64,000 nt of DNA from the NCBI GenBank assembly GCA_028534125.1, contig CM052817.1, positions 66,962,001 to 67,026,000 of the forward strand, read 5' to 3'. How positions within the stretch are numbered: the first letter of the stretch is position 1; the number at the start of each line of letters is the position of its first letter. Position numbers and translations under genes: made by a program. The stretch is from Lama glama. Taxonomy: Eukaryota. The notes beneath the pieces are model-generated. The model had not been told where the DNA came from, made no database searches, and worked only from the letters and a program-made list of their open reading frames with translations. This document shows, piece after piece, positions 51,949 through 64,000 of this stretch.

Positions 51949-53049
51949 TAGAAGTGCCCTTAATGCTGGGCTTTTAAAAAGTGAGGCCATTGAGAGACTG
52001 AATATTGAGCTCATTTATTCAGAAACTGTGAGGGGACTACACCTATTCCAGAGAGGAGACAAAGCATTGAAAGAACCCTGATCCTATCCTATCATGGAGA
52101 ACAGATTCTGTTCTCAATCTCAGCTGAGACTGAAAAGAATAAAGAAATGTACTGTGTGAACTGGTACTCTGTATGTGCTTTAATTCAGAAGGGCAAGAGA
52201 TTTTTACTTCACATTTTTTACACTTTAACTTAAAATTGGCTTTAATTCTGGAACTTTAATTGCTTCTTTAGTATTTTGTATTGCAAGAGATTTTATGTTC
52301 AAAGATAGGTGATCTGATTATTGGTATTTTGTTTGTAGAATATTTTATCATGTCATCTGATTTAATTACAGAACTCTTGGGGATGCTAGAAAATATTGAA
52401 GGAAATAATTTGTAGTTGGAAGTATGATAGGGAATGAAAATTTCCCTTTTGAGAATCGAGTAGCCTTGGAGTTTATTTGAATAATGACAGTTTTGGCTTT
52501 CAGAGCCTCTGGAGGCTCAGTATATAATGTCTATTAGTGTGTGTGGAAGAATCTACAAAGAAGCAATGATTTGTACCTAGGGAGAGGCATAATATAGGTG
52601 AGAGCAGGACTACCTAGAAAATTGTGGACTTTCTCCTCTGTTGGATAGAGCCACATTCTGGTTAAATACAGGCTTACTGGCTTAGCACAATGGATCAAGA
52701 AAGCAAACAGCTATGAGAATGCTGAGGAACTGACTTTATACCTAGGTTTCCATGTGGACAAACTTCCTATGTCACAGCACTTCTATGTGCCCTGCTTCCC
52801 AATCCTATAAGCAGAATTTGCTGACTAGAACAACCTACTGTACTCCGGTAATGCCTGTCACAGAATGAACAAGTCTGCATAATTCTGGAGTGCCCAGTTT
52901 TCTACGGCATAAGCCACATTCTCCAAATAACTTTTTTTCAGTAATGAGGCAGACATTTTGAATTTTACCTACTAAATCTGTCTGCTACTCAGTTGGTTCC
53001 GAATCTGGCAAGAAAGAGAATGATCTAATATGTATCTTCTCAGAAGTGT

Positions 53050-53425
53050 AAAGACATGTCCACACAAAAACTTGTAGTAAAGTATTAACAGAAGTCTGAG
53101 TCATATTAGCCGACAAATGGTAACCTAGATGGCTATTAATTTGTGAATGGATAGACAAAATGTGACTTCTTCATACAACAGAATTCTAGAATAGACAAGA
53201 TCATAGTGATCAAAAGTGGATGAGTCATTGTCTGGGAGCCCAGCAAAATTGGAGAAAGACGGTAAAGGGGCACCAAGAACTTTTTGAGGTGGTGGAATGT
53301 TTCAAAACTAGATTTTAGTCATAGTTACATGCTTGTATATACTTAATAGAATTATTTTACTTGTGAATTTAAAACAGATTTTATTATAAATAAATTATAT
53401 GTCAATAAGCTATACCTCAATAAAG
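53050..53425 (+). mobile_element. L1ME/MD-type 3' relic
   Basis: 'catgtccacacaaaaacttgta', 'aaattatatgtcaataa'. Confidence 0.7.
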
Positions 53426-54062
53426 CTATGAAATAACTCAAGTTAATAATGCCTAATAAAGTATTAGCATGTTGGCTAGAGATAATACCAAAGACATAGT
53501 TGCCCTTCTCAAGAAGCTAATGACAAAAATCAAAAGGACATAATAGAGATATCAGAACAACCATGCTACACAAATGAACTTTGAGATATTATCCCAGAAC
53601 TGTTAAAAAGAGGCACAGTTAATTATTGCTGTTCCCAACATTCTACTAAATTGGTCAAACAATGATAAATTAGGGAGAAAAAAGAAAAGAATTGAAGCAT
53701 GTCTTGCATATTACAATTACGTGATTTTAAAAGAATATTGGTGACGTAAACTGTATAATGAGGAACACAGGCCCAGTTTGGGGCATCTCTCTGGAATGTG
53801 GAGATAAGGTGTCAAAATATCACTTTTAAGATTGAAATATATCAAAACAAATAAATATAGAGGGATATGATTAAGTGATTTTAAAATGTTTAATAATACT
53901 AAGTAGAACAATGTGTTTCTCCCAACTTGCCATGTTTCCTCAAATTTTCCTAAAATGTTATGTGAAAAATATAAATAACATAAGCTTATGGAGACTAGTT
54001 TTGTAATATTTGTACCATGACATGGTTAACAAACTAATGTATTGACAGACACTGATGATAAT

Positions 54063-54562
54063 NNNNNNNNNNNNNNNNNNNNNNNNNNNNNNNNNNNNNN
54101 NNNNNNNNNNNNNNNNNNNNNNNNNNNNNNNNNNNNNNNNNNNNNNNNNNNNNNNNNNNNNNNNNNNNNNNNNNNNNNNNNNNNNNNNNNNNNNNNNNNN
54201 NNNNNNNNNNNNNNNNNNNNNNNNNNNNNNNNNNNNNNNNNNNNNNNNNNNNNNNNNNNNNNNNNNNNNNNNNNNNNNNNNNNNNNNNNNNNNNNNNNNN
54301 NNNNNNNNNNNNNNNNNNNNNNNNNNNNNNNNNNNNNNNNNNNNNNNNNNNNNNNNNNNNNNNNNNNNNNNNNNNNNNNNNNNNNNNNNNNNNNNNNNNN
54401 NNNNNNNNNNNNNNNNNNNNNNNNNNNNNNNNNNNNNNNNNNNNNNNNNNNNNNNNNNNNNNNNNNNNNNNNNNNNNNNNNNNNNNNNNNNNNNNNNNNN
54501 NNNNNNNNNNNNNNNNNNNNNNNNNNNNNNNNNNNNNNNNNNNNNNNNNNNNNNNNNNNNNN
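54063..54562. other. Assembly gap (500 N)
   Basis: Run of N. Confidence 1.
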
Positions 54563-55064
54563 GTGGGACCTTCATAGAGTCCAGAAGATACTTGGAATTT
54601 CTTTTGCTCGTTGGCACCACCAACACTTGCTGACGTGCTCGTGCTCATTGTCCAATCGAGAATGGCCCTTTGGAGGCTCTTGGTTCTTTGTTCCCTAGTT
54701 AGTAATCTTCTAATCAGTAATCTTCTCAGAACCTCAGTGCCAGTGCCTTGTCCGGAGCTTCCCTAGTAGGGATCAGGACACCGTTCCCTTCTGAAGGCCC
54801 GTCTCCCCTGCTGAAGGAGGGGTGGTCTAGTCTAGAAAGGTCTGTCACTTGATAACACATCCTCTTTCTAATTTACAATAATTCCTTCTTTCTGTTTGCC
54901 AGGAACTGCCCCTTCCACAGCCTTCCCTTCAATTCTTGACCTCATCTTTGCCTTTTCTGAGCTGTTCCTTGTTATTCTCTACAGAATGTGACTTCTCTTG
55001 TGCAAGAGAGAGGGTTCTGGTAAGAGATAACCAGACCAGTGAGTTAATTTTTTAAAATTTTTAA

Positions 55065-55754
55065 TTAAGTTTCTCCTTTTGGAATGAAAATGTCTATCCT
55101 ATGCCTGTCTCGTTATTGCATTTTGGAAGTAGATGACTTGTGTGGATTCACAGGTTCACAGCAGAGAATTTTGCATCAGGATGAATCATACCTCAAGTGT
55201 CACCCATACCTGATTTAGATGATATTTAGAAGAGATTTTGGCCTGAGAGTTGGTGATGGAATGAGTTGGAGATGTTGGGATAGGAGGGGCATATTTTGCA
55301 AGTGAGAAGAACAGAAATTGGGAGGGGAGGATGGAGTGTTTTGAGTTGAATTGTGTAACCTGCCAAATTCGTATGTTGAAGTTCTAACCCCCAGCACCTC
55401 AGAATGGGACCTTATTTGGAGACAGGATCTTTACAGAGGTCATCAAATTAAAATGAGGTCATCAGAGTGAGCCCTAGTCTAATAACGACTGGTGTGCTTG
55501 TAAGAATTGGTGATTTGAACACAGAGATACTCACAAGGGAAGGTGACGTGATGTCACAGAAAGAAGATGACCACGTACAAGCCAGGGAGAGGGCTTGGAA
55601 CAGCTCTTTCCCTCGGAACCATCAGAAGGCACTAACTATGCCACCACTGTGATTTCATACTCTCAGCTGCCAGAATTGTGAGATTATCCATCTCTGTTGT
55701 TTAAACCACCCATTTTGTAGTATTTTGTTACTGCAGCCCTAGCAAACTAATACA
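55065..55754 (+). mobile_element. MaLR internal 3' end, PPT and MLT1A/B-like LTR (LTR 55337-55754)
   Basis: Homologous to 50930-51212; GGGAGGGGAGGA tract; LTR ends GCAAACTAATACA. Confidence 0.88.
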
Positions 55755-55839
55755 GTGAAGTCAGCCGATTCTGGGGGTTTTGGGGAAAAATATTTTTAAC
55801 CTAAAAGTTCAATGTTATAAAATTAGATATAGAAGTATT

Positions 55840-56780
55840 CAAGTGTTCTCCATCTTTGGTGGGCTTTGGTCATTTGTATCTTTTGAGAATGTTTTCATTT
55901 TCATTTAAGCTGTCAAATTTATTTATGTGATGCTTTTTATAATATTACTTTGTTATCATTTTAATATCTCTAGAATCTCTAGGATACCTGATATGAGTAA
56001 TTTTTTCTTCCATCTTTATTTCCAGATCAGTGTTGCCAGAGATTTATTTTTTCCTCAAAGAACCAGATCTTTGTTTTTATTAATTTTCTCGGTTTTCTAT
56101 TTCATTCATTCCACCTCTAAGCCTTCTTATTTCCTTTATTATACTTGCTTGGCTTCATTTGTTTCTTTTCTCCCCGAATTTCTTAAGGTGAATAAATGAG
56201 TTAGTTGATTTTACATGGTTGTTTCTAATACTGGTATTTTTTTTAAGTTTCAAAATGATTGAGGGTTTTTTAGATATCTTTTTATTACTGATTTCGAATT
56301 TAATTCCATTGTGATCAAAGAACATCCTTTGTGTGACGTATCTTTTTCATTTTGATGAGGCTTGCTTTGTGGGCGAAAAATTTTCTATCTTGTTCCAAGT
56401 TCCATGTGCACTTGAAAAAAATGTAATCTGCTATTATTGACTGGAGTGCTTCAAACATTTTTCTTTTGTAAATTTGGTTAATAGTTTTGCTCAAATACTC
56501 TATATCTTACTAATTTTCTATCTAATTAGTGTATTAATTATTGAGAAAGAGGTGTTGAAATCTCCATACATAGATTTTGGATTTTTCTATTTGTCCTTGT
56601 GGTTATATTTGTCTTTGCTTCATGCGTTCATCTGTTACTTATACATACGTGTTTAGCATTGCTATCTCTCTTGAGGAATTAATCCTTTTGTCATTATAAA
56701 GTGACCCACTCTTTACCAAGAAACATTCTTTTCTCTTTGTATTTCCACTGTATATTTCTTTAGATTAGTATTAACGTTAA
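55840..56780 (-). mobile_element. Old L1M ORF2 relic
   Basis: 'ttttcctcaaagaaccag', 'gttccatgtgcacttgaaaaaaatgt', 'gtgttgaaatctcca'. Confidence 0.8.
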
Positions 56781-57483
56781 TAAGATGCCTTCTATTTCCT
56801 GTCCTATGATGAATTGAGGAAATTTGCAGAGATCAAAGAGAACACATACTTTCAGAAAAACAGACCAAACATTGTCTAAACGTTAGGACACTGTGTTTGA
56901 GTCTAAATCCTAAGTTTTTTGGAAGTGATGGATATCTTTATTACCTCTATGGTGCTCGTAAATATATATCCAAACTCACCAAATATATAAATTAATTATG
57001 TGCAATTTTTGTATACCAATTATACCTCAATACAGCTGGGGGGAAAATTTCAAGTTTTTTGGTGATAAAATAAATAAAACTTGAAAATTGTGAAATTGTG
57101 TTATTATCATTGCTGATGCCAAAAAGTATACACAGTCTCCTTTAATGAAATGCCAACAAGGTAAATGACCACGAGTGAACTTTCTTCTTTGCTTGAGCAG
57201 GATGAGTTACATTCATATTAACACCGAATCTTTGTTTTCTCTAAGTCTCAGCTTCCTAATATCAATATTTAAAACCAAGCATTACTTTTCAATTCACAAG
57301 CCATTTATTGAAATCTTATTTCATTGCATTCTTCATGGGATTTAAAAAGTATATCTCAAACAAACAAGCAAAAAAAAATCCACTTAAAAAAAACCCTTAA
57401 AAACATATTTAAACTATATGTTGGTTAATAACTTCTGTCTGCAAGGAATGCTGTGGGTCCTTTTGTTTGATTTCCGGTCAGAC

Positions 57484-57500
57484 ACTGCCCTCTAGTGGCA
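57484..57500 (-). promoter_or_regulatory. Candidate CTCF binding site
   Basis: Minus strand TGCCACTAGAGGGCAGT closely fits the CTCF core CCAC(C/T)AG(A/G)GGGC(A/G); lies in apparently unique sequence. Confidence 0.7.
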
Positions 57501-57582
57501 ATGCTGCTCTTTAGCACAGCAAATAATAGTGAGCATTCAGGATACCTGATCTTACCTCCCACTCTGTCCCCAGCCCCAGAAA

Positions 57583-57638
57583 ACACACACGCACACACAC
57601 ACACGCGCGCGCACGCACACACTCACTCACTCACACAC
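57583..57638. repeat. (CA)n/(CG)n alternating purine-pyrimidine repeat
   Basis: acacacacgcacacacacacacgcgcgcgcacgcacacac read directly. Confidence 0.95.
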
Positions 57639-59127
57639 AAACACCAGAGTAGGGAAGAGAGAGTTGATGGTGATGATGGTGGTGGTATTTTCTCAAATCC
57701 TTTCCTAGTATTTTCCGGAAGTAAGAATACATTGCAATGCTGTAAATATCCAGTCTCATCATTGGTATTTAATGGTGTATTTCTCCCACACATGCAGAAG
57801 AATGAGACTATCAGACCTTAAGGTAATTAAGCATTAACATCACATTACTTATTAGGCCAAATCTGAGGCCAGTTTCTGGTTTATAAGATCATCAAATGAC
57901 TTGAATTTTCATAGTTTTTCTTAAATAAGAAACTGAAAATGGCTCTCCTGAAATGAATATCAAACTCACTTGACAGTTATATTTCTTCCTGTACATTGAT
58001 TGATTCGGATTCTGATAAACATAGATGTCTCTTTTAGGTTTAACTAGGTTCCTTCAGCATTCCTGAGGTGATCAAGCCAATGTATCTGTCCTCCAAGACT
58101 GAGGGCCAAACATAGTCCAAGGAAACTGTGAAACTAGTTTGTGGGCAGTGAGCAGTCTCTTTTGTGGGAACAGCTAGTACTTGCTGGGCATCAAACCCCC
58201 CATCCCTCCCCTCCAAATAGCTGTTTAATTACCGAAAGCTTAGTGTCTACATCTTATATTTATTACCATTCTACAAGTTAGAGCAAAATTAGGTATTTAT
58301 TATAAGCTAATATAATAAAATCATTCTGTTTTAGTTAAGGGAAAGTCAGAGTTTCAGAGGTTTAAAGAATTAGATACAGTAAAGTGATGAATCTGAATAC
58401 TAAATAAAATGAGACCCCAAAGAAGTAATCAATGAGCTTAGAAGACACGTAGTTTCTCCTCCTGCTGCTCCTCTTCCTTCCTGTTTAATTGACTGGGGAA
58501 TATGCTATATTTTATAAAGGCAACTTTGTTGTAAAGAGCAATTTTGTCTTTTTACAGGAAGACAGAGCTGGTAGTGGGGGAGGTGCTATTGACAAATGAT
58601 GTATCAATGTCAGTAAAAATTTTTCAGTGTGAATCTTAATGTTCCAAAACAGTTCATAAAACCCGAGAAAGTAGCATCTAGTGAATCATCCAGTTCAGAA
58701 ATTTATCAACTGCGATCAAGGAAAATCTGAGTTCATAAAACTGTCAGAACATTGCATAATTGAAGTATTCAATCTGAGACACTGATATCTATAAATTTGA
58801 AAAACATCAGTTCTTCCAAGAGTAAGACCATCTTAGTTTCCCATATTGATCAAACCTAATACATCATTTTATTATATGAAATTTAGCACTTTATATAAAG
58901 ATGGTCAGAAAGATAGTACAGCTTTCACAGAAAATATGCCCTTTATTAGCAAACCTTTTAAAGTCAAGACTATAATATTTTCAGACTTGAAAATTTATTT
59001 TAAAAAGGACTACTTATAAAGTTGATTTTAAAATACATATAAAATTAGATATTTTAAAGTTTTCATTCTGAATTCCAATAATGTTTTTGTTATATATACA
59101 ATTTTATGTACATGGAAATAGTGATAT

Positions 59128-59597
59128 TGTAAAAGAAAGAAGGTTACCCACCATTCAGTTCTATAAGAATCAAGTCATTAGCCACTGCAGTCACCGACCT
59201 ACGATACATCCTGAAAGGAATTCAGGACGAAGATCGGGATTAGGCACTTTGTGCTCTGGAAAAAAAAGGCAAAACAGGCCTGTAGATAGTTACAAATATT
59301 TCAGGGGAAATTTTTTATGAATTTGAATTCTTGTATCTTCTCCTACTGAAAAAGTTCTACAGTCATTACCAGGGATGTCTGTTCTTCGTGACCATCGGTA
59401 ACCTTCCACAGAGCCATGTGCTTGGTTGCACGGATTTTCACCAAAATCATATATATACTGATACCTGCACCCCCCCCCCCCTTAGAGCAGCTCCTCGGAG
59501 CTCTCTCACAGGCTTCTCCTGGGCTGAGGCCTCAGTAAGTCCCCAAACAAAACTGAAATTCATGGCCCTCATATTGTGCATTTTTATTACTGTCAAC
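59128..59597 (+). mobile_element. MER41-like ERV1 solo LTR (short form)
   Basis: Colinear with 11269-11738 (for example AAGAATCAAGTCATTAGC and AGGCACTTTGTGCTCTGG); no clear TSD. Confidence 0.85.
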
Positions 59598-60032
59598 CTG
59601 AGCTTTTCAGGTATCTCTTCATGTGGTTCCCAATTCAGAAAACCTGTGGTACTTAGTTTAACTGTTATCTGTATGATGTCTATTCATTCTACTTGAGATA
59701 ATCTGAAATTTCTGGTGGAATTATTCCAGAGAAATGAAAATCTACTAAAAATAATGTGTTCAAAAAAGCTACAAGAAACTCTGAAAACTGAAAGGAAAAA
59801 GGTGGGGCTGACACTGGGAGGGGGACACAGAGAAACTGTCTCATTATTCACCAAGAATGGTTCAGAGAATCCAGAGAAAAAAGAAACAGAATAATGTTTT
59901 TCTGAGTTTTTTTTATCATAAATGGAAAATATGAAAGAAAATTGATGACGAAAAGAGATAAAAAATAATTAGGGTTAAAAAAAACCAATCAGTGTGGCTT
60001 TGTTGAGTGAGGATTTCAAAAACACAAGGACA

Positions 60033-60782
60033 CCAAACTACATTCCCACCAACAGTGTAGGAGAGCTCCCTTTTCTCCACATCCTCTCCAGCATTTGTTG
60101 TTTGTGGACTTTTTAATGTTGGCCTTTCTGACTGGTGTGAGGTGATATTTCATTGTAGTTTTGTGTCCTTATGGTTATGGGAAACAGTATGGAGATTCCT
60201 CAAAAAACTAAGAATAGACTTACCATATGACCCAGCAATTCCACTCCTGGGTATATATCTGGAGGGAACCTTAGTTCAAAAATATACATGGATCCCAATG
60301 TTCATAGCAGCACTATATGCAATAGCCAAGACACAGAAACAACCTAAATGTTCATCAACAGATGACTAGATAAAGATGTTGTGGTATATTTATACAATGG
60401 AATACTACTCATTCACAAAAAAGAATAAAATAATGCCATTTCAGCAACATGGATGGACCTAGAGATTACCATTCTAAGTGAAGTAAGCCAGAAAGGGCAA
60501 GAATAATACCATATGATATCACTCATACGTGGAATCTAAAAAAAAAAAGAGGACACTAATGAACTTATCTGTAAAACAGAAACAAACTTGCAGACATAGT
60601 AAACAATCTTATGGTTATGGGGGGAAAGGGTGTGGGAAGGGATAAATCTGGGAGTTTGAGATTTGCAAATGTTAGCCACTATATATAAAAGTAGATTAAA
60701 AACACAAATTTCTTCTTTATAGCACAGGGAACTATATTCAATATCTTGTAATAACCTTTAATGAAAAAGAATATAAAAATGA

Positions 60783-60816
<34 letters not shown>

Positions 60817-60929
60817 ATAACTGGGACACTGTGCTGTACACCAGAAATTGGCACCTTGTAACTGACTGTACTTCAGTAAAAAATAAAAGGTAAAGACCAT
60901 GGTGGCAATTCAATTAATTAAAAAAAAAC
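60033..60929 (+). mobile_element. L1 3' end with 5' inversion and extended 3' tail
   Basis: Antisense ORF2 piece 60033-60163; sense from about 60176; TSD ACACAAGGACA at 60022-60032 and 60930-60940. Confidence 0.93.
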
Positions 60930-62369
60930 ACACAAGGACAGACTTAGACTCAGTTTAATTTTGGATTAGCTCATTGGGAAGATTTAAAAACTCAAAATCC
61001 TAGAATTACACCTCAGATGGGGAAAGAGACACAAAAATGAGTGAAGATTAAGGAAAAAGATGCAAAGCAAATGGTAATAGGAAGTAAATGAGCCATAAAT
61101 TCTGCAAATGCCTGTCAGGAAGTATTGGGGGAGAGAAATGAGGCTGCTGTGATGGCACAGGGAGAGAATGGTGACTTAGGGCGATGCTACAGGAACAAAA
61201 CAGAGTAAATTACAGCTTAAATTATTCAGCCAAATGTTAATATTGGTGGGTATATTTGTTACCACTGTAGCAGATGAAATAGAAGGCCAGGTGGAATTAC
61301 ATATCAAAACTTTAATATAAACAATCTAATACATCTGCATTGCCTAAAGTATCAATAATCATCCTTCTAAGAGGACTATTAATATAAATTCTATGCCTGC
61401 CCTTAAGTCATGGCAATTCTTTTTATTTCAGATGATAGGCAGATGTGCGAGTCACTATTCAAAGAGCTTATCAGCACCAGCTTAAATACTATTTCTTTGA
61501 CTTGTTTGCCATGTTAGGAAAAAAGATATAAAATCGATAAGGGTGAAATAGAAGAGGCATTTATTGAAAGTAACAACCCTAAAAATCCTAGCAGTTAAGA
61601 ATAAGAAAACATGCAAACATTCAAAAATATGTCTGTAAAATATGCAGAAAATGTTAATATAGAGTAAATGTAGTTTGGAAAATTGGCTTCACATTCTGTA
61701 AAAGCAGCCAAGAATAGCGTCCTTTTGTCTGACTCAGAGAAATTTCATTACTGAGTATCTCCTGAGAAAGGGTTTTTTATCCTCTCGATGAGCTTTACAC
61801 TTAAACTTTTTTTACTTTTCTAATGATGTGTGTATTAATGTATGTTTCTGTATGTGTGCATGCTGCTTTTACACATAACTCAAGGTTGGCTTTTATATTG
61901 AGCTTACAGAGCTAAGAAATGTACAGAGCTTTTCTTGAGACTAGATTTGCATAAATACTCCCCCAGCCAGTGAAAATGGCAACCAAACTACCTAGATTTT
62001 TATGGTTCAAATTCATTGTGATGTTCCTGTAAAGGAAGTTCATTAAAATACCTGGGTGAGATTTAAAACATATATACATTTATAAGTTGTTATAAGTGTT
62101 TCCTTGATGAGGTTGTAGATATTGAAACTATGTATGGAGGCTTAATTCATTTATAAAGTCTCAGCTCTCAGATTTCTGGAAATATAAGTGGTTTGTCAGA
62201 GAGGGTGATTTTATAAAATGATCATCCAAGAAGTAAAAACTTTGGTGATTTATTCAACATCAGAGTCATTAGAGACCAAAATAATCAGATGACCCTTTAA
62301 AATGCTATATTTACCATCGCTTTGCAGATCATATCAAGATCAATTTTATGGATAATTGTTAGTTGTGTA

Positions 62370-63400
62370 ATCACTCATTCAAGCAATAGTTTTTAAGTGT
62401 TGTGGATGAGACAGGTCCTCTTCTAGGTGATGTTGCTACAAAGATGAAGAAGACGTAGTTTCACTGTAGGGATTTCATCGTCTAGCAGAGATCTATGTAT
62501 AAACAATCACCACAATCCCCTCTGGTGACACTGCAATAAAGGGACCTAAAGGATGCTCTAGAGCACATGGTTCAATGTATTCCATGCTGCGGGAGGGGTG
62601 AGAGACTATGAGAGTGTATCACAGAAAAGAAGTGCTTCAACGAATTGGATACAGAAGACATTGGGAGTTTATCAGAAAATCAAAGGGTTGGGGAGGACTT
62701 AAGGGTAAAAATGAGCAGTATATTCACTTTGGAGCTCGGCTATGGCATGAAAGTTGTTAAGACCCAAATATATTTGGGATTGCTATTGTTTGATTCACCA
62801 GTTTTGTAGGAGTGTGAGATTGCACATACAGGCAGTGGTTAGATTACCAATGACCTTACATACCATTTCAGAGAGTTTGGACCCGTTAGATTTGGGGGAT
62901 GGGAACACAGTGTTTTAGGGATGTGAGTGTTAGGTAGAGATTCAAAGAGTTTTGCACAGGTGTACCGGGTCATGGTTAAATTTTGGAAGTGTCTTTCCAG
63001 CAACAGTGTGGAAGATTTACTAGAAGGGATGAACTATGGGTGAGAAGACAGACGAGGAGACAGTTATGATCATCTAAGTAGTTTGAACCAAGGCTCTAAG
63101 AGTGGAAGTCAATATGAAATGATAAAGTCAAGACATATTTAAGAGATAAAGTCTGTGGGTCTTGATACTCAATTAAAGTTAAAACCCTGGGCTTCCTGAT
63201 TATTTTCACTCTCTCATTCTCCTCGTAAAAACAATTAAGAGACCCAGGATTTTAACGTTTAGGCTGAGAAGATGGAGGTCCATCCGCCAGGACAGAGAAA
63301 TTGGAGAAAGAGCATTTGAAGGGAGTACTGAATATTTTGAAGTTGAGGTGCCCATGGCGTATTTAAAGATCCAGTTTGCAGCTTCATTTGCAGCCCAGGA
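62370..63400 (-). mobile_element. L2 relic
   Basis: 'cactcattcaagcaatagtttttaagtg...acaaagatgaagaagac' and a purine-rich L2-like body. Confidence 0.65.
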
Positions 63401-63489
63401 GTGCAGAGCAGATAACGACTTGCAAGAAATTGGCATGTTCTGCAGCTGGCTGAGCGGGAAGTGGGAGGAATATAGACTTTCTGACTTTT

Positions 63490-64000
63490 ATTTTCCATGT
63501 GTTTATAGCTCCCCTGTTATCTCTACCTAATATCCAATTTAGTGTTTTTTTTATTTACCTTCTGAATACTTCTCAAATTGACCTCTTAATGTCTGGTTCT
63601 ACTACTATAGCCTTTGTTCAGATTCTTAAAACATCTAGGCTTAACTTTTATAATGATCTGATGACAGTAGTTCATCTGCACTAAGTTTTATGCTCCAATT
63701 TGTTGTCCATAACTACGGCCATGTGATCTGCTTAAATACAGGTAACAATAGCACTCAGGGCTTAGAAATCTTCCGAACAACTTAAAATGCGAGCCTCATT
63801 GTAAGTCTCCTTCTGTCTTACACTTCACACTTGTTATCAAAGTGCTTGGCCTCCTCTTACTCCTGTTTCATATTTTTATGCTTTGGCATCTGCTGTTTGC
63901 TGTCTCGAAAACCTCCCACACTCAGACTGACAAACTCTATCTCACTCTCAAGGATTTGGCTGAGATGTTGTCTTCTCCAAAGAGTAAATTCTTCATGACT
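63490..64000 (+). mobile_element. L2 relic, opposite orientation
   Basis: 'tttaccttctgaatacttctcaaatt...ctactactatagcc' and pyrimidine-rich L2-like text. Confidence 0.55.

Noticed and set aside
53958..54698. Longest ORFs (192-222 aa)
   Set aside because: They are open only because they span 500 N.
58540..58620. Splice acceptor-like pyrimidine tract plus CAG (also near 43921 and 61431)
   Set aside because: No recognisable coding sequence or convincing paired donor; such motifs are common by chance.
1..64000. Novel multi-gene biological system
   Set aside because: The ORF-track entries are short, lie in repeats or low-complexity DNA and have no recognisable non-TE domain. Small spliced exons cannot be excluded without alignment.

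Overview
AT-rich, CpG-poor mammalian genomic DNA, almost certainly camelid (alpaca/camel lineage), judged from three copies of the tRNA-derived Vic-1-type SINE and a young artiodactyl-type L1 3' end. I can support no protein-coding exon, true RNA gene, CRISPR array or prokaryotic system; the window reads as gene desert or a large intron. It is dominated by layered transposable elements: old L2, MIR, L1M, hAT-Charlie and MaLR/ERVL relics; a cluster of about nine solo LTRs at 10.1-19.3 kb; and young L1 and SINE insertions with visible target-site duplications (TSDs). There is a 500-N assembly gap at 54063-54562. I found no convincing new multi-gene system. The most interesting signals: (i) two inverted L1 copies about 17 kb apart sharing an in-frame hairpin-type insertion in ORF2; (ii) a composite 1.3 kb MER41-like LTR containing an env-like tail and a polypurine tract; (iii) several readable L1 insertion scars (a 69-bp micro-insertion, twin priming, a possible short 3' transduction); (iv) a strong CTCF motif next to ETS sites and a Z-DNA-prone repeat. 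Repeat subfamily names come from recalled consensus similarity, not a database search, and boundaries of old elements are approximate.
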